A stretch of DNA of 64,000 nucleotides, taken from NCBI RefSeq assembly GCF_009914755.1, contig NC_060948.1. One strand, given 5' to 3'. This document shows positions 39,395 to 53,694 of the stretch, piece after piece. Position 1 is the first letter of the stretch, and the number at the start of each line of letters is the position of its first letter. This stretch comes from the human T2T-CHM13v2.0 reference genome, Homo sapiens. The notes beneath the pieces are model-generated. The model was not told where the DNA came from, did not search any database, and saw nothing but the letters and a program-made list of their open reading frames with translations. A program made the translations under genes and the position numbers.

Positions 39395-42300
39395 TGGAAT
39401 GGAATGGAATTGACTCAAATGGAATGGACTAGAATGGAATGGATTCGAATGGAAGGCAAAGGAATGGAATCTATTGGAATGGACTGTAATGGAATGGAAT
39501 GGAAGGGATTGGAATGGACTCGAATGGAATGGACTGCAATAGAAAGGATTCGAATGGAATGAAAAAGAATTGAATGGAATAGAACAGAATGGAATCAAAT
39601 CGAATGAAATGGAATGGAATAGAAAGGAATGGAATGAAATGGAATGGAAAGGATTCGAATGGAATGCAATCGAATGGAATGGAATCGAACGGAATGGAAT
39701 AAAATGGAAGAAAACTGGCAAGAAATGGAATCGAAATGAATGGAGTGTTATGGAACGGACTCAAAAGGAATTGAATGTAATAGAATGGAGTGGAGTGGAC
39801 TCGAATATAATGGACTGGAATGGAATGAAATCACATGGAATGGGAACGAATGGAATGGAATGGAAAGGAATGGAATCGAATGGAAAGGAATCGAATGGAA
39901 GGGAATGAAATTGAATCAACAGGAATGGAAGGGAATAGAATAGACTGTAATGGAATGGACTCGAATAGAATGGACACGAATGCTCAAATTAAATGGACTC
40001 GAATGGAATGGAAACGAAAGGAATGTCATCGAATGGAATTGAATCGATTGGAATGAAATCGCATAGAATGGAGTGGAATCAAATGGAATTGAATCGAAAG
40101 GAAAGGAAGCGAATGGACTGAAATGAAATGGAATGGAATTGAATGGAAAGTAATGCAATGGAATAGAATGGAACGAAATTTCACGGAATGGAATCAAACT
40201 GAATGGAATCAAATCAATGGAATCAAATCAAATGGAATGGAAAGGAATTGAATGGAGTAGATGGGATTGGATGGGATTGGAATGAAATGTACTGGAAAGG
40301 ACTCGAATTTCATGAAACGGAATGGAATGAATTGGAACGGAATTGACTCGAATGGAATGGAATGTCATGGGATGGCATCAAATGGAATGACATCAAATGG
40401 AATGGAATCGAATGCAATGGAATGCTATGGAATGGAATGGAATGCATTGGAATGGAATGTCCGCTAATGGAATGGATTCGAGTGGAATGGAATTGAATAT
40501 AATGGAGTCGAATGAAATGGAATTGAAAGGAATGGGATCGAATACAATGGAATATACTGGAATGTAACGTAATGAACTGGAATGTAATTGACTGGAATGG
40601 AATGTACATGAATGGAATGTAATCGAATGGAAAGTAATCCAATGGAATAGAATCTAATGCAATAAAATCGACTCAGATAGAGTAGAATGTAATGGAATGG
40701 AGTGCAGTGCAATGGAATGGAATGGAATGGAATGCAATGGAATGGAATGGAATGGAATGGAATGGAATGGAATGGGATGGAATGGTATGGAATGGATAGT
40801 AATGGACTGGAGTGAAATGGACTGGAAAGGAATGGACTCAAATTGAAAGGGCTCGAAAGGAATGGAGTCAAATGGAATGGTCTGGAATGGAATGAACACG
40901 AATGTAATGCAACCCAATAGAATGGAATCGAATGGCATGGAATATAAAGAAATGGAATCGAAGAGAATGGAAACAAATGGAATGGAATTGAATGGAATGG
41001 AATTGAATGGAATGGGAACGAATGGAGTGAAATTGTATGCAGTAGAAGAGAATAGAATGGAATGCAAGCGAAAGGAAAGGAATGGATTGGAATGGAATGG
41101 AATTCATTGGAATGGAAGGGAATGTAGTGTAATGGACAGGCCTGGAATAAAGTGGAATGCTACGGTCTCGAATGGAATAAAAATGTATGGAATGGAATGC
41201 AATGAAACGGAATCGAATGTCATAGAATGTAATGGAATGCAAAAAAATGGAATCCAAAATCATTGACTGGAAAGGCTGGGTGTCGAAAGGAATTGACTCC
41301 AATGGAATGGAATCGAATGGAATGGAAGTGAATAGAATCGAACTAAATCGAATGGAATGGAATTGATAGGAACGGAATGGAAAGGAATGCAATGATTTGG
41401 CATGGAATGGAATCGAATGGCATCGAATGGAATGGAATGGAATGCAATGGAATGGAATGTACTAGAATGTAATGAACTTTAATGGAATGTACTCGAATGG
41501 ATTCGACTGGAATGGAATGTTCTGGAAGTGAATGGACTCCAATGGAATGGATTCAAAAGGAATGGAATCGTACGGAATGGAATCTAATGGAATGGAATTA
41601 AATGGAAATGAATCAAATTGAATAGCACGGAATTGAATTGAATGGAATGGAATGCAATGGAATCTAATGAAACGGAAAGGAAAGGAATGGAATGGAATGG
41701 AATGGGCTGGAATGGAAAGGAATCGAAACGAATGGAATGGAATCGAACTGAAGAGACTGGAATGGAATGCACTGGAATGGAAGGGAGTGTAATGGAAGGT
41801 TCTCGAAAAAAATGGAATCGAATGGAATGGAATTGAATGGAACGGAATAGAGTCGAATGGAATTGAATGGAATGGAATGGACTAGAGTGAAATGGAATCG
41901 AACCACAAGGAATGGACAGGAATAGAATGGTCTCGAATTGAATGGAATCGTATGGAATGGCATCAAACGGAATGGAATGGACAGCCACGGAATGGAATGC
42001 ACTCGAATGCAATGGAGTCGAAACTAATGGACTGGAATAGAATGGACTCGACTGGTACGGACTCCAATGGAATGGAATCGAATGGAAGGGAATCGAACGG
42101 AATGGAATCGAACGGAATGGACTCGAAGGGAAAAGACTGCAATGGAAAGGTCTCGAATGGAATGGAAATTAATGGAATGGAATGGAATCGAATGAAATGG
42201 AGTCAAAAGGAATGGAATCGAATGGCAAGAAATCGAATGTAATGGAATCGCCAGGAATTGATGTGAACGGAACGGAATGGAATGGAATCCAAAGGAATGG

Positions 42301-42968
42301 AATAGAATGGAATGGAATCGAATGGAAAGGACTCGAATGGAAATCACTCGAATAGAATGCAATTTAATAAAATAGGATCAAATATAATGGAATGGAATGG
42401 AAAGGAATCGAAACGAAAGGAATGGAGACAGATGGAATGGAATGGAACAGAGAGCAATGGTATAGAATGGAATGGAATCATCTGGAATGGAATTGAATGG
42501 AATGGAATAATATGAAATGGAATGGAATGGAATGGAATGGAATGCCCTTGAATTAAATGGACTGGAATGGAATGGACTCAAACAGAGTGGAATGGAAAGT
42601 GTGGAGATAGAATGGAATGAACTCCTTTGGAATGGTGTAGTATGCAATGCAATCGACTGGCAGGGAATCAAAAGGAATGTAATCGAATGGATTGGACTGG
42701 AATGCAATGGACTCGAATAGATTGGAAACGGAATGCAAAGGAATGGAATGGAATAGTATGGAATGCAATGGAAGGGAATGGAGTGGAATAGACTAGAGTG
42801 GAATGGAATGGACTGGAAAGCAATGGACTGGAATGGAACTTTCTTGGATGGACTGGAATCAAACGGAATGGAATGCAGTGCAATCAAATGGCATGGAATA
42901 AAATAGAATGAAAGAGAATCAAATGGAATTGAATCGAATGGAATCGAATGGATTGGAAAGGAATAGAA
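39395..42968. repeat. DYZ1 unit 12 (3574 bp, type C)
   Basis: (GGAAT)7 run; caacagg, cggaattgact and gaactggaat variants. Confidence 0.93.
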
Positions 42969-45900
42969 TGGAATGGAATGGAATTGACTCAAATGGAATG
43001 GACTAGAATGGAATGGATTCGAATGGAAGGCAAAGGAATGGAATCTATTGGAATGGACTGTAATGGAATGGAATGGAAGGGATTGGAATGGACTCGAATG
43101 GAATGGACTGCAATAGAAAGGATTCGAATGGAATGAAAAAGAATTGAATGGAATAGAACAGAATGGAATCAAATCGAATGAAATGGAATGGAATAGAAAG
43201 GAATGGAATGAAATGGAATGGAAAGGATTCGAATGGAATGCAATCGAATGGAATGGAATCGAACGGAATGGAATAAAATGGAAGAAAACTGGCAAGAAAT
43301 GGAATCGAAATGAATGGAGTGTTATGGAACGGACTCAAAAGGAATTGAATGTAATAGAATGGAGTGGAGTGGACTCGAATATAATGGACTGGAATGGAAT
43401 GAAATCACATGGAATGGGAACGAATGGAATGTAATGGAAAGGAATGGAATCGAATGGAAAGGAATCGAATGGAAGGGAATGAAATTGAATCAACAGGAAT
43501 GGAAGGGAATAGAATAGACTGTAATGGAATGGACTCGAATAGAATGGACACGAATGCTCAAATTAAATGGACTCGAATGGAATGGAAACGAAAGGAATGT
43601 CATCGAATGGAATTGAATCGATTGGAATGAAATCGCATAGAATGGAGTGGAATCAAATGGAATTGAATCGAAAGGAAAGGAAGCGAATGGACTGAAATGA
43701 AATGGAATGGAATTGAATGGAAAGTAATGCAATGGAATAGAATGGAACGAAATTTCACGGAATGGAATCAAACTGAATGGAATCAAATCAATGGAATCAA
43801 ATCAAATGGAATGGAAAGGAATTGAATGGAGTAGATGGGATTGGATGGGATTGGAATGAAATGTACTGGAAAGGACTCGAATTTCATGAAACGGAATGGA
43901 ATGAATTGGAACGGAATTGACTCGAATGGAATGGAATGTCATGGGATGGCATCAAATGGAATGACATCAAATGGAATGGAATCGAATGCAATGGAATGCT
44001 ATGGAATGGAATGGAATGCATTGGAATGGAATGTCCGCTAATGGAATGGATTCGAGTGGAATGGAATTGAATATAATGGAGTCGAATGAAATGGAATTGA
44101 AAGGAATGGGATCGAATACAATGGAATATACTGGAATGTAACGTAATGAACTGGAATGTAATTGACTGGAATGGAATGTACATGAATGGAATGTAATCGA
44201 ATGGAAAGTAATCCAATGGAATAGAATCTTATGCAATAAAATCGACTCAGATAGAGTAGAATGTAATGGAATGGAGTGCAGTGCAATGGAATGGAATGGA
44301 ATGGAATGCAATGGAATGGAATGGAATGGAATGGAATGGAATGGAATGGGATGGAATGGTATGGAATGGATAGTAATGGACTGGAGTGAAATGGACTGGA
44401 AAGGAATGGACTCAAATTGAAAGGGCTCGAAAGGAATGGAGTCAAATGGAATGGTCTGGAATGGAATGAACACGAATGTAATGCAACCCAATAGAATGGA
44501 ATCGAATGGCATGGAATATAAAGAAATGGAATCGAAGAGAATGGAAACAAATGGAATGGAATTGAATGGAATGGAATTGAATGGAATGGGAACGAATGGA
44601 GTGAAATTGTATGCAGTAGAAGAGAATAGAATGGAATGCAAGCGAAAGGAAAGGAATGGATTGGAATGGAATGGAATTCATTGGAATGGAAGGGAATGTA
44701 GTGTAATGGACAGGCCTGGAATAAAGTGGAATGCTACGGTCTCGAATGGAATAAAAATGTATGGAATGGAATGCAATGAAACGGAATCGAATGTCATAGA
44801 ATGTAATGGAATGCAAAAAAATGGAATCCAAAATCATTGACTGGAAAGGCTGGGTGTCGAAAGGAATTGACTCCAATGGAATGGAATCGAATGGAATGGA
44901 AGTGAATAGAATCGAACTAAATCGAATGGAATGGAATTGATAGGAACGGAATGGAAAGGAATGCAATGATTTGGCATGGAATGGAATCGAATGGCATCGA
45001 ATGGAATGGAATGGAATGCAATGGAATGGAATGTATTAGAATGTAATGAACTTTAATGGAATGTACTCGAATGGATTCGACTGGAATGGAATGTTCTGGA
45101 AGTGAATGGACTCCAATGGAATGGATTCAAAAGGAATGGAATCGTACGGAATGGAATCTAATGGAATGGAATTAAATGGAAATGAATCAAATTGAATAGC
45201 ACGGAATTGAATTGAATGGAATGGAATGCAATGGAATCTAATGAAACGGAAAGGAAAGGAATGGAATGGAATGGAATGGGCTGGAATGGAAAGGAATCGA
45301 AACGAATGGAATGGAATCGAAGTGAAGAGACTGGAATGGAATGCACTGGAATGGAAGGGAGTGTAATGGAAGGTTCTCGAAAAAAATGGAATCGAATGGA
45401 ATGGAATTGAATGGAACGGAATAGAGTCGAATGGAATTGAATGGAATGGAATGGACTAGAGTGAAATGGAATCGAACCACAAGGAATGGACAGGAATAGA
45501 ATGGTCTCGAATTGAATGGAATCGTATGGAATGGCATCAAACGGAATGGAATGGACAGCCACGGAATGGAATGCACTCGAATGCAATGGAGTCGAAACTA
45601 ATGGACTGGAATAGAATGGACTCGACTGGTACGGACTCCAATGGAATGGAATCGAATGGAAGGGAATCGAACGGAATGGAATCGAACGGAATGGACTCGA
45701 AGGGAAAAGACTGCAATGGAAAGGTCTCGAATGGAATGGAAATTAATGGAATGGAATGGAATCGAATGAAATGGAGTCAAAAGGAATGGAATCGAATGGC
45801 AAGAAATCGAATGTAATGGAATCGCCAGGAATTGATGTGAACGGAACGGAATGGAATGGAATCCAAAGGAATGGAATAGAATGGAATGGAATCGAATGGA

Positions 45901-46542
45901 AAGGACTCGAATGGAAATCACTCGAATAGAATGCAATTTAATAAAATAGGATCAAATGTAATGGAATGGAATGGAAAGGAATCGAAACGAAAGGAATGGA
46001 GACAGATGGAATGGAATGGAACAGAGAGCAATGGTATAGAATGGAATGGAATCATCTGGAATGGAATTGAATGGAATGGAATAATATGAAATGGAATGGA
46101 ATGGAATGGAATGGAATGCCCTTGAATTAAATGGACTGGAATGGAATGGACTCAAACAGAGTGGAATGGAAAGTGTGGAGATAGAATGGAATGAACTCCT
46201 TTGGAATGGTGTAGTATGCAATGCAATCGACTGGCAGGGAATCAAAAGGAATGTAATCGAATGGATTGGACTGGAATGCAATGGACTCGAATAGATTGGA
46301 AACGGAATGCAAAGGAATGGAATGGAATAGTATGGAATGCAATGGAAGGGAATGGAGTGGAATAGACTAGAGTGGAATGGAATGGACTGGAAAGCAATGG
46401 ACTGGAATGGAACTTTCTTGGATGGACTGGAATCAAACGGAATGGAATGCAGTGCAATCAAATGGCATGGAATAAAATAGAATGAAAGAGAATCAAATGG
46501 AATTGAATCGAATGGAATCGAATGGATTGGAAAGGAATAGAA
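42969..46542. repeat. DYZ1 unit 13 (3574 bp, type C, sister of unit 12)
   Basis: Same run length and the same three variants as unit 12. Confidence 0.93.
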
Positions 46543-49500
46543 TGGAATGGAATGGAATTGACTCAAATGGAATGGACTAGAATGGAATGGATTCGAATGG
46601 AAGGCAAAGGAATGGAATCTATTGGAATGGACTGTAATGGAATGGAATGGAAGGGATTGGAATGGACTCGAATGGAATGGACTGCAATAGAAAGGATTCG
46701 AATGGAATGAAAAAGAATTGAATGGAATAGAACAGAATGGAATGAAATCGAATGAAATGGAATGGAATAGAAAGGAACGGAATGAAATGGAATGGAAAGG
46801 ATTCGAATGGAATGCAATCGAATGGAATGGAATCGAACGGAATGGAATAAAATGGAAGAAAACTGGCAAGAAATGGAATCGAAATGAATGGAGTGTTATG
46901 GAACGGACTCAAAAGGAATTGAATGTAATAGAATGGAGTGGAGTGGACTCGAATATAATGGACTGGAATGGAATGAAATCACATGGAATGGGAACGAATG
47001 GAATGGAATGGAAAGGAATGGAATCGAATGGAAAGGAATCGAATGGAAGGGAATGAAATTGAATCAACAGGAATGGAAGGGAATAGAATAGACTGTAATG
47101 GAATGGACTCGAATAGAATGGACACGAATGCTCAAATTAAATGGACTCGAATGGAATGGAAACGAAAGGAATGTCATCGAATGGAATTGAATCGATTGGA
47201 ATGAAATCGCATAGAATGGAGTGGAATCAAATGGAATTGAATCGAAAGGAAAGGAAGCGAATGGACTGAAATGAAATGGAATGGAATTGAATGGAAAGTA
47301 ATGCAATGGAATAGAATGGAACGAAATTTCACGGAATGGAATCAAACTGAATGGAATCAAATCAATGGAATCAAATCAAATGGAATGGAAAGGAATTGAA
47401 TGGAGTAGATGGGATTGGATGGGATTGGAATGAAATGTACTGGAAAGGACTCGAATTTCATGAAACGGAATGGAATGAATTGGAACGGAATTGACTCGAA
47501 TGGAATGGAATGTCATGGGATGGCATCAAATGGAATGACATCAAATGGAATGGAATCGAATGCAATGGAATGCTATGGAATGGAATGGAATGCATTGGAA
47601 TGGAATGTCCGCTAATGGAATGGATTCGAGTGGAATGGAATTGAATATAATGGAGTCGAATGAAATGGAATTGAAAGGAATGGGATCGAATACAATGGAA
47701 TATACTGGAATGTAACGTAATGAACTCGAATGTAATTGACTGGAATGGAATGTACATGAATGGAATGTAATCGAATGGAAAGTAATCCAATGGAATAGAA
47801 TCTAATGCAATAAAATCGACTCAGATAGAGTAGAATGTAATGGAATGGAGTGCAGTGCAATGGAATGGAATGGAATGGAATGCAATGGAATGGAATGGAA
47901 TGGAATGGAATGGAATGGAATGGAATGGAATGGAATGGGATGGAATGGTATGGAATGGATAGTAATGGACTGGAGTGAAATGGACTGGAAAGGAATGGAC
48001 TCAAATTGAAAGGGCTCGAAAGGAATGGAGTCAAATGGAATGGTCTGGAATGGAATGAACACGAATGTAATGCAACCCAATAGAATGGAATCGAATGGCA
48101 TGGAATATAAAGAAATGGAATCGAAGAGAATGGAAACAAATGGAATGGAATTGAATGGAATGGAATTGAATGGAATGGGAACGAATGGAGTGAAATTGTA
48201 TGCAGTAGAAGAGAATAGAATGGAATGCAAGCGAAAGGAAAGGAATGGATTGGAATGGAATGGAATTCATTGGAATGGAAGGGAATGTAGTGTAATGGAC
48301 AGGCCTGGAATAAAGTGGAATGCTACGGTCTCGAATGGAATAAAAATGTATGGAATGGAATGCAATGAAACGGAATCGAATGTCATAGAATGTAATGGAA
48401 TGCAAAAAAATGGAATCCAAAATCACTGACTGGAGAGGCTGGGTGTCGAAAGGAATTGACTCCAATGGAATGGAATCGAATGGAATGGAAGTGAATAGAA
48501 TCGAACTAAATCGAATGGAATGGAATTGATAGGAACGGAATGGAAAGGAATGCAATGATTTGGCATGGAATGGAATCGAATGGCATCGAATGGAATGGAA
48601 TGGAATGCAATGGAATGGAATGTATTAGAATGTAATGAACTTTAATGGAATGTACTCGAATGGATTCGACTGGAATGGAATGTTCTGGAAGTGAATGGAC
48701 TCCAATGGAATGGATTCAAAAGGAATGGAATCGTACGGAATGGAATCTAATGGAATGGAATTAAATGGAAATGAATCAAATTGAATAGCACGGAATTGAA
48801 TTGAATGGAATGGAATGCAATGGAATCTAATGAAACGGAAAGGAAAGGAATGGAATGGAATGGAATGGGCTGGAATGGATAGGAATCGAAACGAATGGAA
48901 TGGAATCGAAGTGAAGAGACTGTAATGGAATGCACTGGAATGGAAGGGAGTGTAATGGAAGGCTCTCGAAAAAAATGGAATCGAATGGAATGGAATTGAA
49001 TGGAACGGAATAGAGTCGAATGGAATTGAATGGAATGGAATGGACTAGAGTGAAATGGAATCGAACCACAAGGAATGGACAGGAATAGAATGGTCTCGAA
49101 TTGAATGGAATCGTATGGAATGCAATCAAACGGAATGGAATGGACAGCCACGGAATGGAATGCACTCGAATGCAATGGAGTCGAAACTAATGGACTGGAA
49201 TAGAATGGACTCGACTGGTACGGACTCCAATGGAATGGAATCGAATGGAAGGGAATCGAACGGAATGGAATCGAACGGAATGGACTCGAAGGGAAAAGAC
49301 TGCAATGGAAAGGTCTCGAATGGAATGGAAATTAATGGAATGGAATGGAATCGAATGAAATGGAGTCAAAAGGAATGGAATCGAATGGCAAGAAATCGAA
49401 TGTAATGGAATCGCCAGGAATTGATGTGAACGGAACGGAATGGAATGGAATCCAAAGGAATGGAATAGAATGGAATGGAATCGAATGGAAAGGACTCGAA

Positions 49501-50131
49501 TGGAAATCACTCGAATAGAATGCAATTTAATAAAATAGGATCAAATGTAATGGAATGGAATGGAAAGGAATCGAAACGAAAGGAATGGAGACAGATGGAA
49601 TGGAATGGAACAGAGAGCAATGGTATAGAATGGAATGGAATCATCTGGAATGGAATTGAATGGAATGGAATAATATGAAATGGAATGGAATGGAATGGAA
49701 TGGAATGCCCTTGAATTAAATGGACTGGAATGGAATGGACTCAAACAGAGTGGAATGGAAAGTGTGGAGATAGAATGGAATGAACTCCTTTGGAATGGTG
49801 TAGTATGCAATGCAATCGACTGGCAGGGAATCAAAAGGAATGTAATCGAATGGATTGGACTGGAATGCAATGGACTCGAATAGATTGGAAACGGAATGCA
49901 AAGGAATGGAATGGAATAGTATGGAATGCAATGGAAGGGAATGGAGTGGAATAGACTAGAGTGGAATGGAATGGACTGGAAAGCAATGGACTGGAATGGA
50001 ACTTTCTTGGATGGACTGGAATCAAACGGAATGGAATGCAGTGCAATCAAATGGCATGGAATAAAATAGAATGAAAGAGAATCAAATGGAATTGAATCGA
50101 ATGGAATCGAATGGATTGGAAAGGAATAGAA
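46543..50131. repeat. DYZ1 unit 14 (3589 bp, type C)
   Basis: (GGAAT)10 run; cluster of private substitutions at 48426-49124. Confidence 0.93.
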
Positions 50132-53100
50132 TGGAATGGAATGGAATTGACTCAAATGGAATGGACTAGAATGGAATGGATTCGAATGGAAGGCAAAGGA
50201 ATGGAATCTATTGGAATGGACTGTAATGGAATGGAATGGAAGGGATTGGAATGGACTCGAATGGAATGGACTGCAATAGAAAGGATTCGAATGGAATGAA
50301 AAAGAATTGAATGGAATAGAACAGAATGGAATCAAATCGAATGAAATGGAATGGAATAGAAAGGAATGGAATGAAATGGAATGGAAAGGATTCGAATGGA
50401 ATGCAATCGAATGGAATGGAATCGAACGGAATGGAATAAAATGGAAGAAAACTGGCAAGAAATGGAATCGAAATGAATGGAGTGTTATGGAACGGACTCA
50501 AAAGGAATTGAATGTAATAGAATGGAGTGGAGTGGACTCGAATATAATGGACTGGAATGGAATGAAATCACATGGAATGGGAACGAATGGAATGGAATGG
50601 AAAGGAATGGAATCGAATGGAAAGGAATCGAATGGAAGGGAATGAAATTGAATCAACACGAATGGAAGGGAATAGAATAGACTGTAATGGAATGGACTCG
50701 AATAGAATGGACACGAATGCTCAAATTAAATGGACTCGAATGGAATGGAAACGAAAGGAATGTCATCGAATGGAATTGAATCGATTGGAATGAAATCGCA
50801 TAGAATGGAGTGGAATCAAATGGAATTGAATCGAAAGGAAAGGAAGCGAATGGACTGAAATGAAATGGAATGGAATTGAATGGAAAGTAATGCAATGGAA
50901 TAGAATGGAACGAAATTTCACGGAATGGAATCAAACTGAATGGAATCAAATCAATGGAATCAAATCAAATGGAATGGAAAGGAATTGAATGGAGTAGATT
51001 GGATTGGATGGGATTGGAATGAAATGTACTGGAAAGGACTCGAATTTCATGAAACGGAATGGAATGAATTGGAACGGAATGGACTCGAATGGAATGGAAT
51101 GTCATGGGATGGCATCAAATGGAATGACATCAAATGGAATGGAATCGAATGCAATGGAATGCTATGGAATGGAATGGAATGCATTGGAATGGAATGTCCT
51201 CTAATGGAATGGATTCGAGTGGAATGGATTTGAATATAATGGAGTCGAATGAAATGGAATTGAAAGGAATGGGATCGAATACAATGGAATATACAGGAAT
51301 GTAACGTAATGAACTCGAATGTAATTGACTGCAATGGAATGTACATGAATGGAATGTAATCGAATGGAAAGTAATCCAATGGAATAGAATCTAATGCAAT
51401 AAAATCGACTCAGATAGAGTAGAATGTAATGGAATGGAGTGCAGTGCAATGGAATGGAATGGAATGGAATGCAATGGAATGGAATGGAATGGGATGGAAT
51501 GGGATGGAATGGTATGGAATGGATAGTAATGGACTGGAGTGAAATGGACTGGAAAGGAATGGACTCAAATTGAAAGGGCTCGAAAGGAATGGAGTCAAAT
51601 GGAATGGTCTGGAATGGAATGAACACGAATGTAATGCAACCCAATAGAATGGAATCGAATGGCATGGAATATAAAGAAATGGAATCGAAGAGAATGGAAA
51701 CAAATGGAATGGAATTGAATGGAATGGAATTGAATGGAATGGGAACGAATGGAGTGAAATTGTATGCAGTAGAAGAGAATAGAATGGAATGCAAGCGAAA
51801 GGAAAGGAATGGATTGGAATGGAATGGAATTCATTGGAATGGAAGGGAATGTAGTGTAATGGACAGGCCTGGAATAAAGTGGAATGCTACGGTCTCGAAT
51901 GGAATAAAAATGTATGGAATGGAATGCAATGAAACGGAATCGAATGTCATAGAATGTAATGGAATGCAAAAAAATGGAATCCAAAATCATTGACTGGAAA
52001 GGCTGGGTGTCGAAAGGAATTGACTCCAATGGAATGGAATCGAATGGAATGGAAGTGAATAGAATCGAACTAAATCGAATGGAATGGAATTGATAGGAAC
52101 GGAATGGAAAGGAATGCAATGATTTGGCATGGAATGGAATCGAATGGCATCGAATGGAATGGAATGGAATGCATGGAATGGAATGTATTAGAATGTAATG
52201 AACTTTAATGGAATGTACTCGAATGGATTCGACTGGAATGGAATGTTCTGGAAGTGAATGGACTCCAATGGAATGGATTCAAAAGGAATGGAATCGTACG
52301 GAATGGAATCTAATGGAATGGAATTAAATGGAAATGAATCAAATTGAATAGCACGGAATTGAATTGAATGGAATGGAATGCAATGGAATCTAATGAAACG
52401 GAAAGGAAAGGAATGGAATGGAATGGAATGGGCTGGAATGGAAAGGAATCGAAACGAATGGAATGGAATCGAAGTGAAGAGACTGGAATGGAATGCACTG
52501 GAATGGAAGGGAGTGTAATGGAAGGTTCTCGAAAAAAATGGAATCGAATGGAATGGAATTGAATGGAACGGAATAGAGTCGAATGGAATTGAATGGAATG
52601 GAATGGACTAGAGTGAAATGGAATCGAACCACAAGGAATGGACAGGAATAGAATGGTCTCGAATTGAATGGAATCGTATGGAATGGCATCAAACGGAATG
52701 GAATGGACAGCCACGGAATGGAATGCACTCGAATGCAATGGAGTCGAAACTAATGGACTGGAATAGAATGGACTCGACTGGTACGGACTCCAATGGAATG
52801 GAATCGAATGGAAGGGAATCGAACGGAATGGAATCGAACGGAATGGACTCGAAGGGAAAAGACTGCAATGGAAAGGTCTCGAATGGAATGGAAATTAATG
52901 GAATGGAATGGAATCGAATGAAATGGAGTCAAAAGGAATGGAATCGAATGGCAAGAAATCGAATGTAATGGAATCGCCAGGAATTGATGTGAACGGAACG
53001 GAATGGAATGGAATCCAAAGGAATGGAATAGAATGGAATGGAATCGAATGGAAAGGACTCGAATGGAAATCACTCGAATAGAATGCAATTTAATAAAATA

Positions 53101-53694
53101 GGATCAAATGTAATGGAATGGAATGGAAAGGAATCGAAACGAAAGGAATGGAGACAGATGGAATGGAATGGAACAGAGAGCAATGGTATAGAATGGAATG
53201 GAATCATCTGGAATGGAATTGAATGGAATGGAATAATATGAAATGGAATGGAATGGAATGGAATGGAATGCCCTTGAATTAAATGGACTGGAATGGAATG
53301 GACTCAAACAGAGTGGAATGGAAAGTGTGGAGATAGAATGGAATGAACTCCTTTGGAATGGTGTAGTATGCAATGCAATCGACTGGCAGGGAGTCAAAAG
53401 GTATGTAATCGAATGGATTGGACTGGAATGCAAAGGACTCGAATAGATTGGAAACGGAATGCAAAGGAATGGAATGGAATAGTATGGAATGCAATGGAAG
53501 GGAATGCAGTGGAATAGACTAGAGTGGAATGGAATGGACTGGAAAGCAATGGACTGGAATGGAACTTTCTTGGATGGACTGGAATCAAACGGAATGGAAT
53601 GCAGTGCAATCAAATGGCATGGAATAAAATAGAATGAAAGAGAATCAAATGGAATTGAATCGAATGGAATCGAATGGATTGGAAAGGAATAGAA
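50132..53694. repeat. DYZ1 unit 15 (3563 bp, mosaic type)
   Basis: Run region 15 bp shorter with doubled GGGAT; 1-bp deletion (gcat at 52171-52174). Confidence 0.93.
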
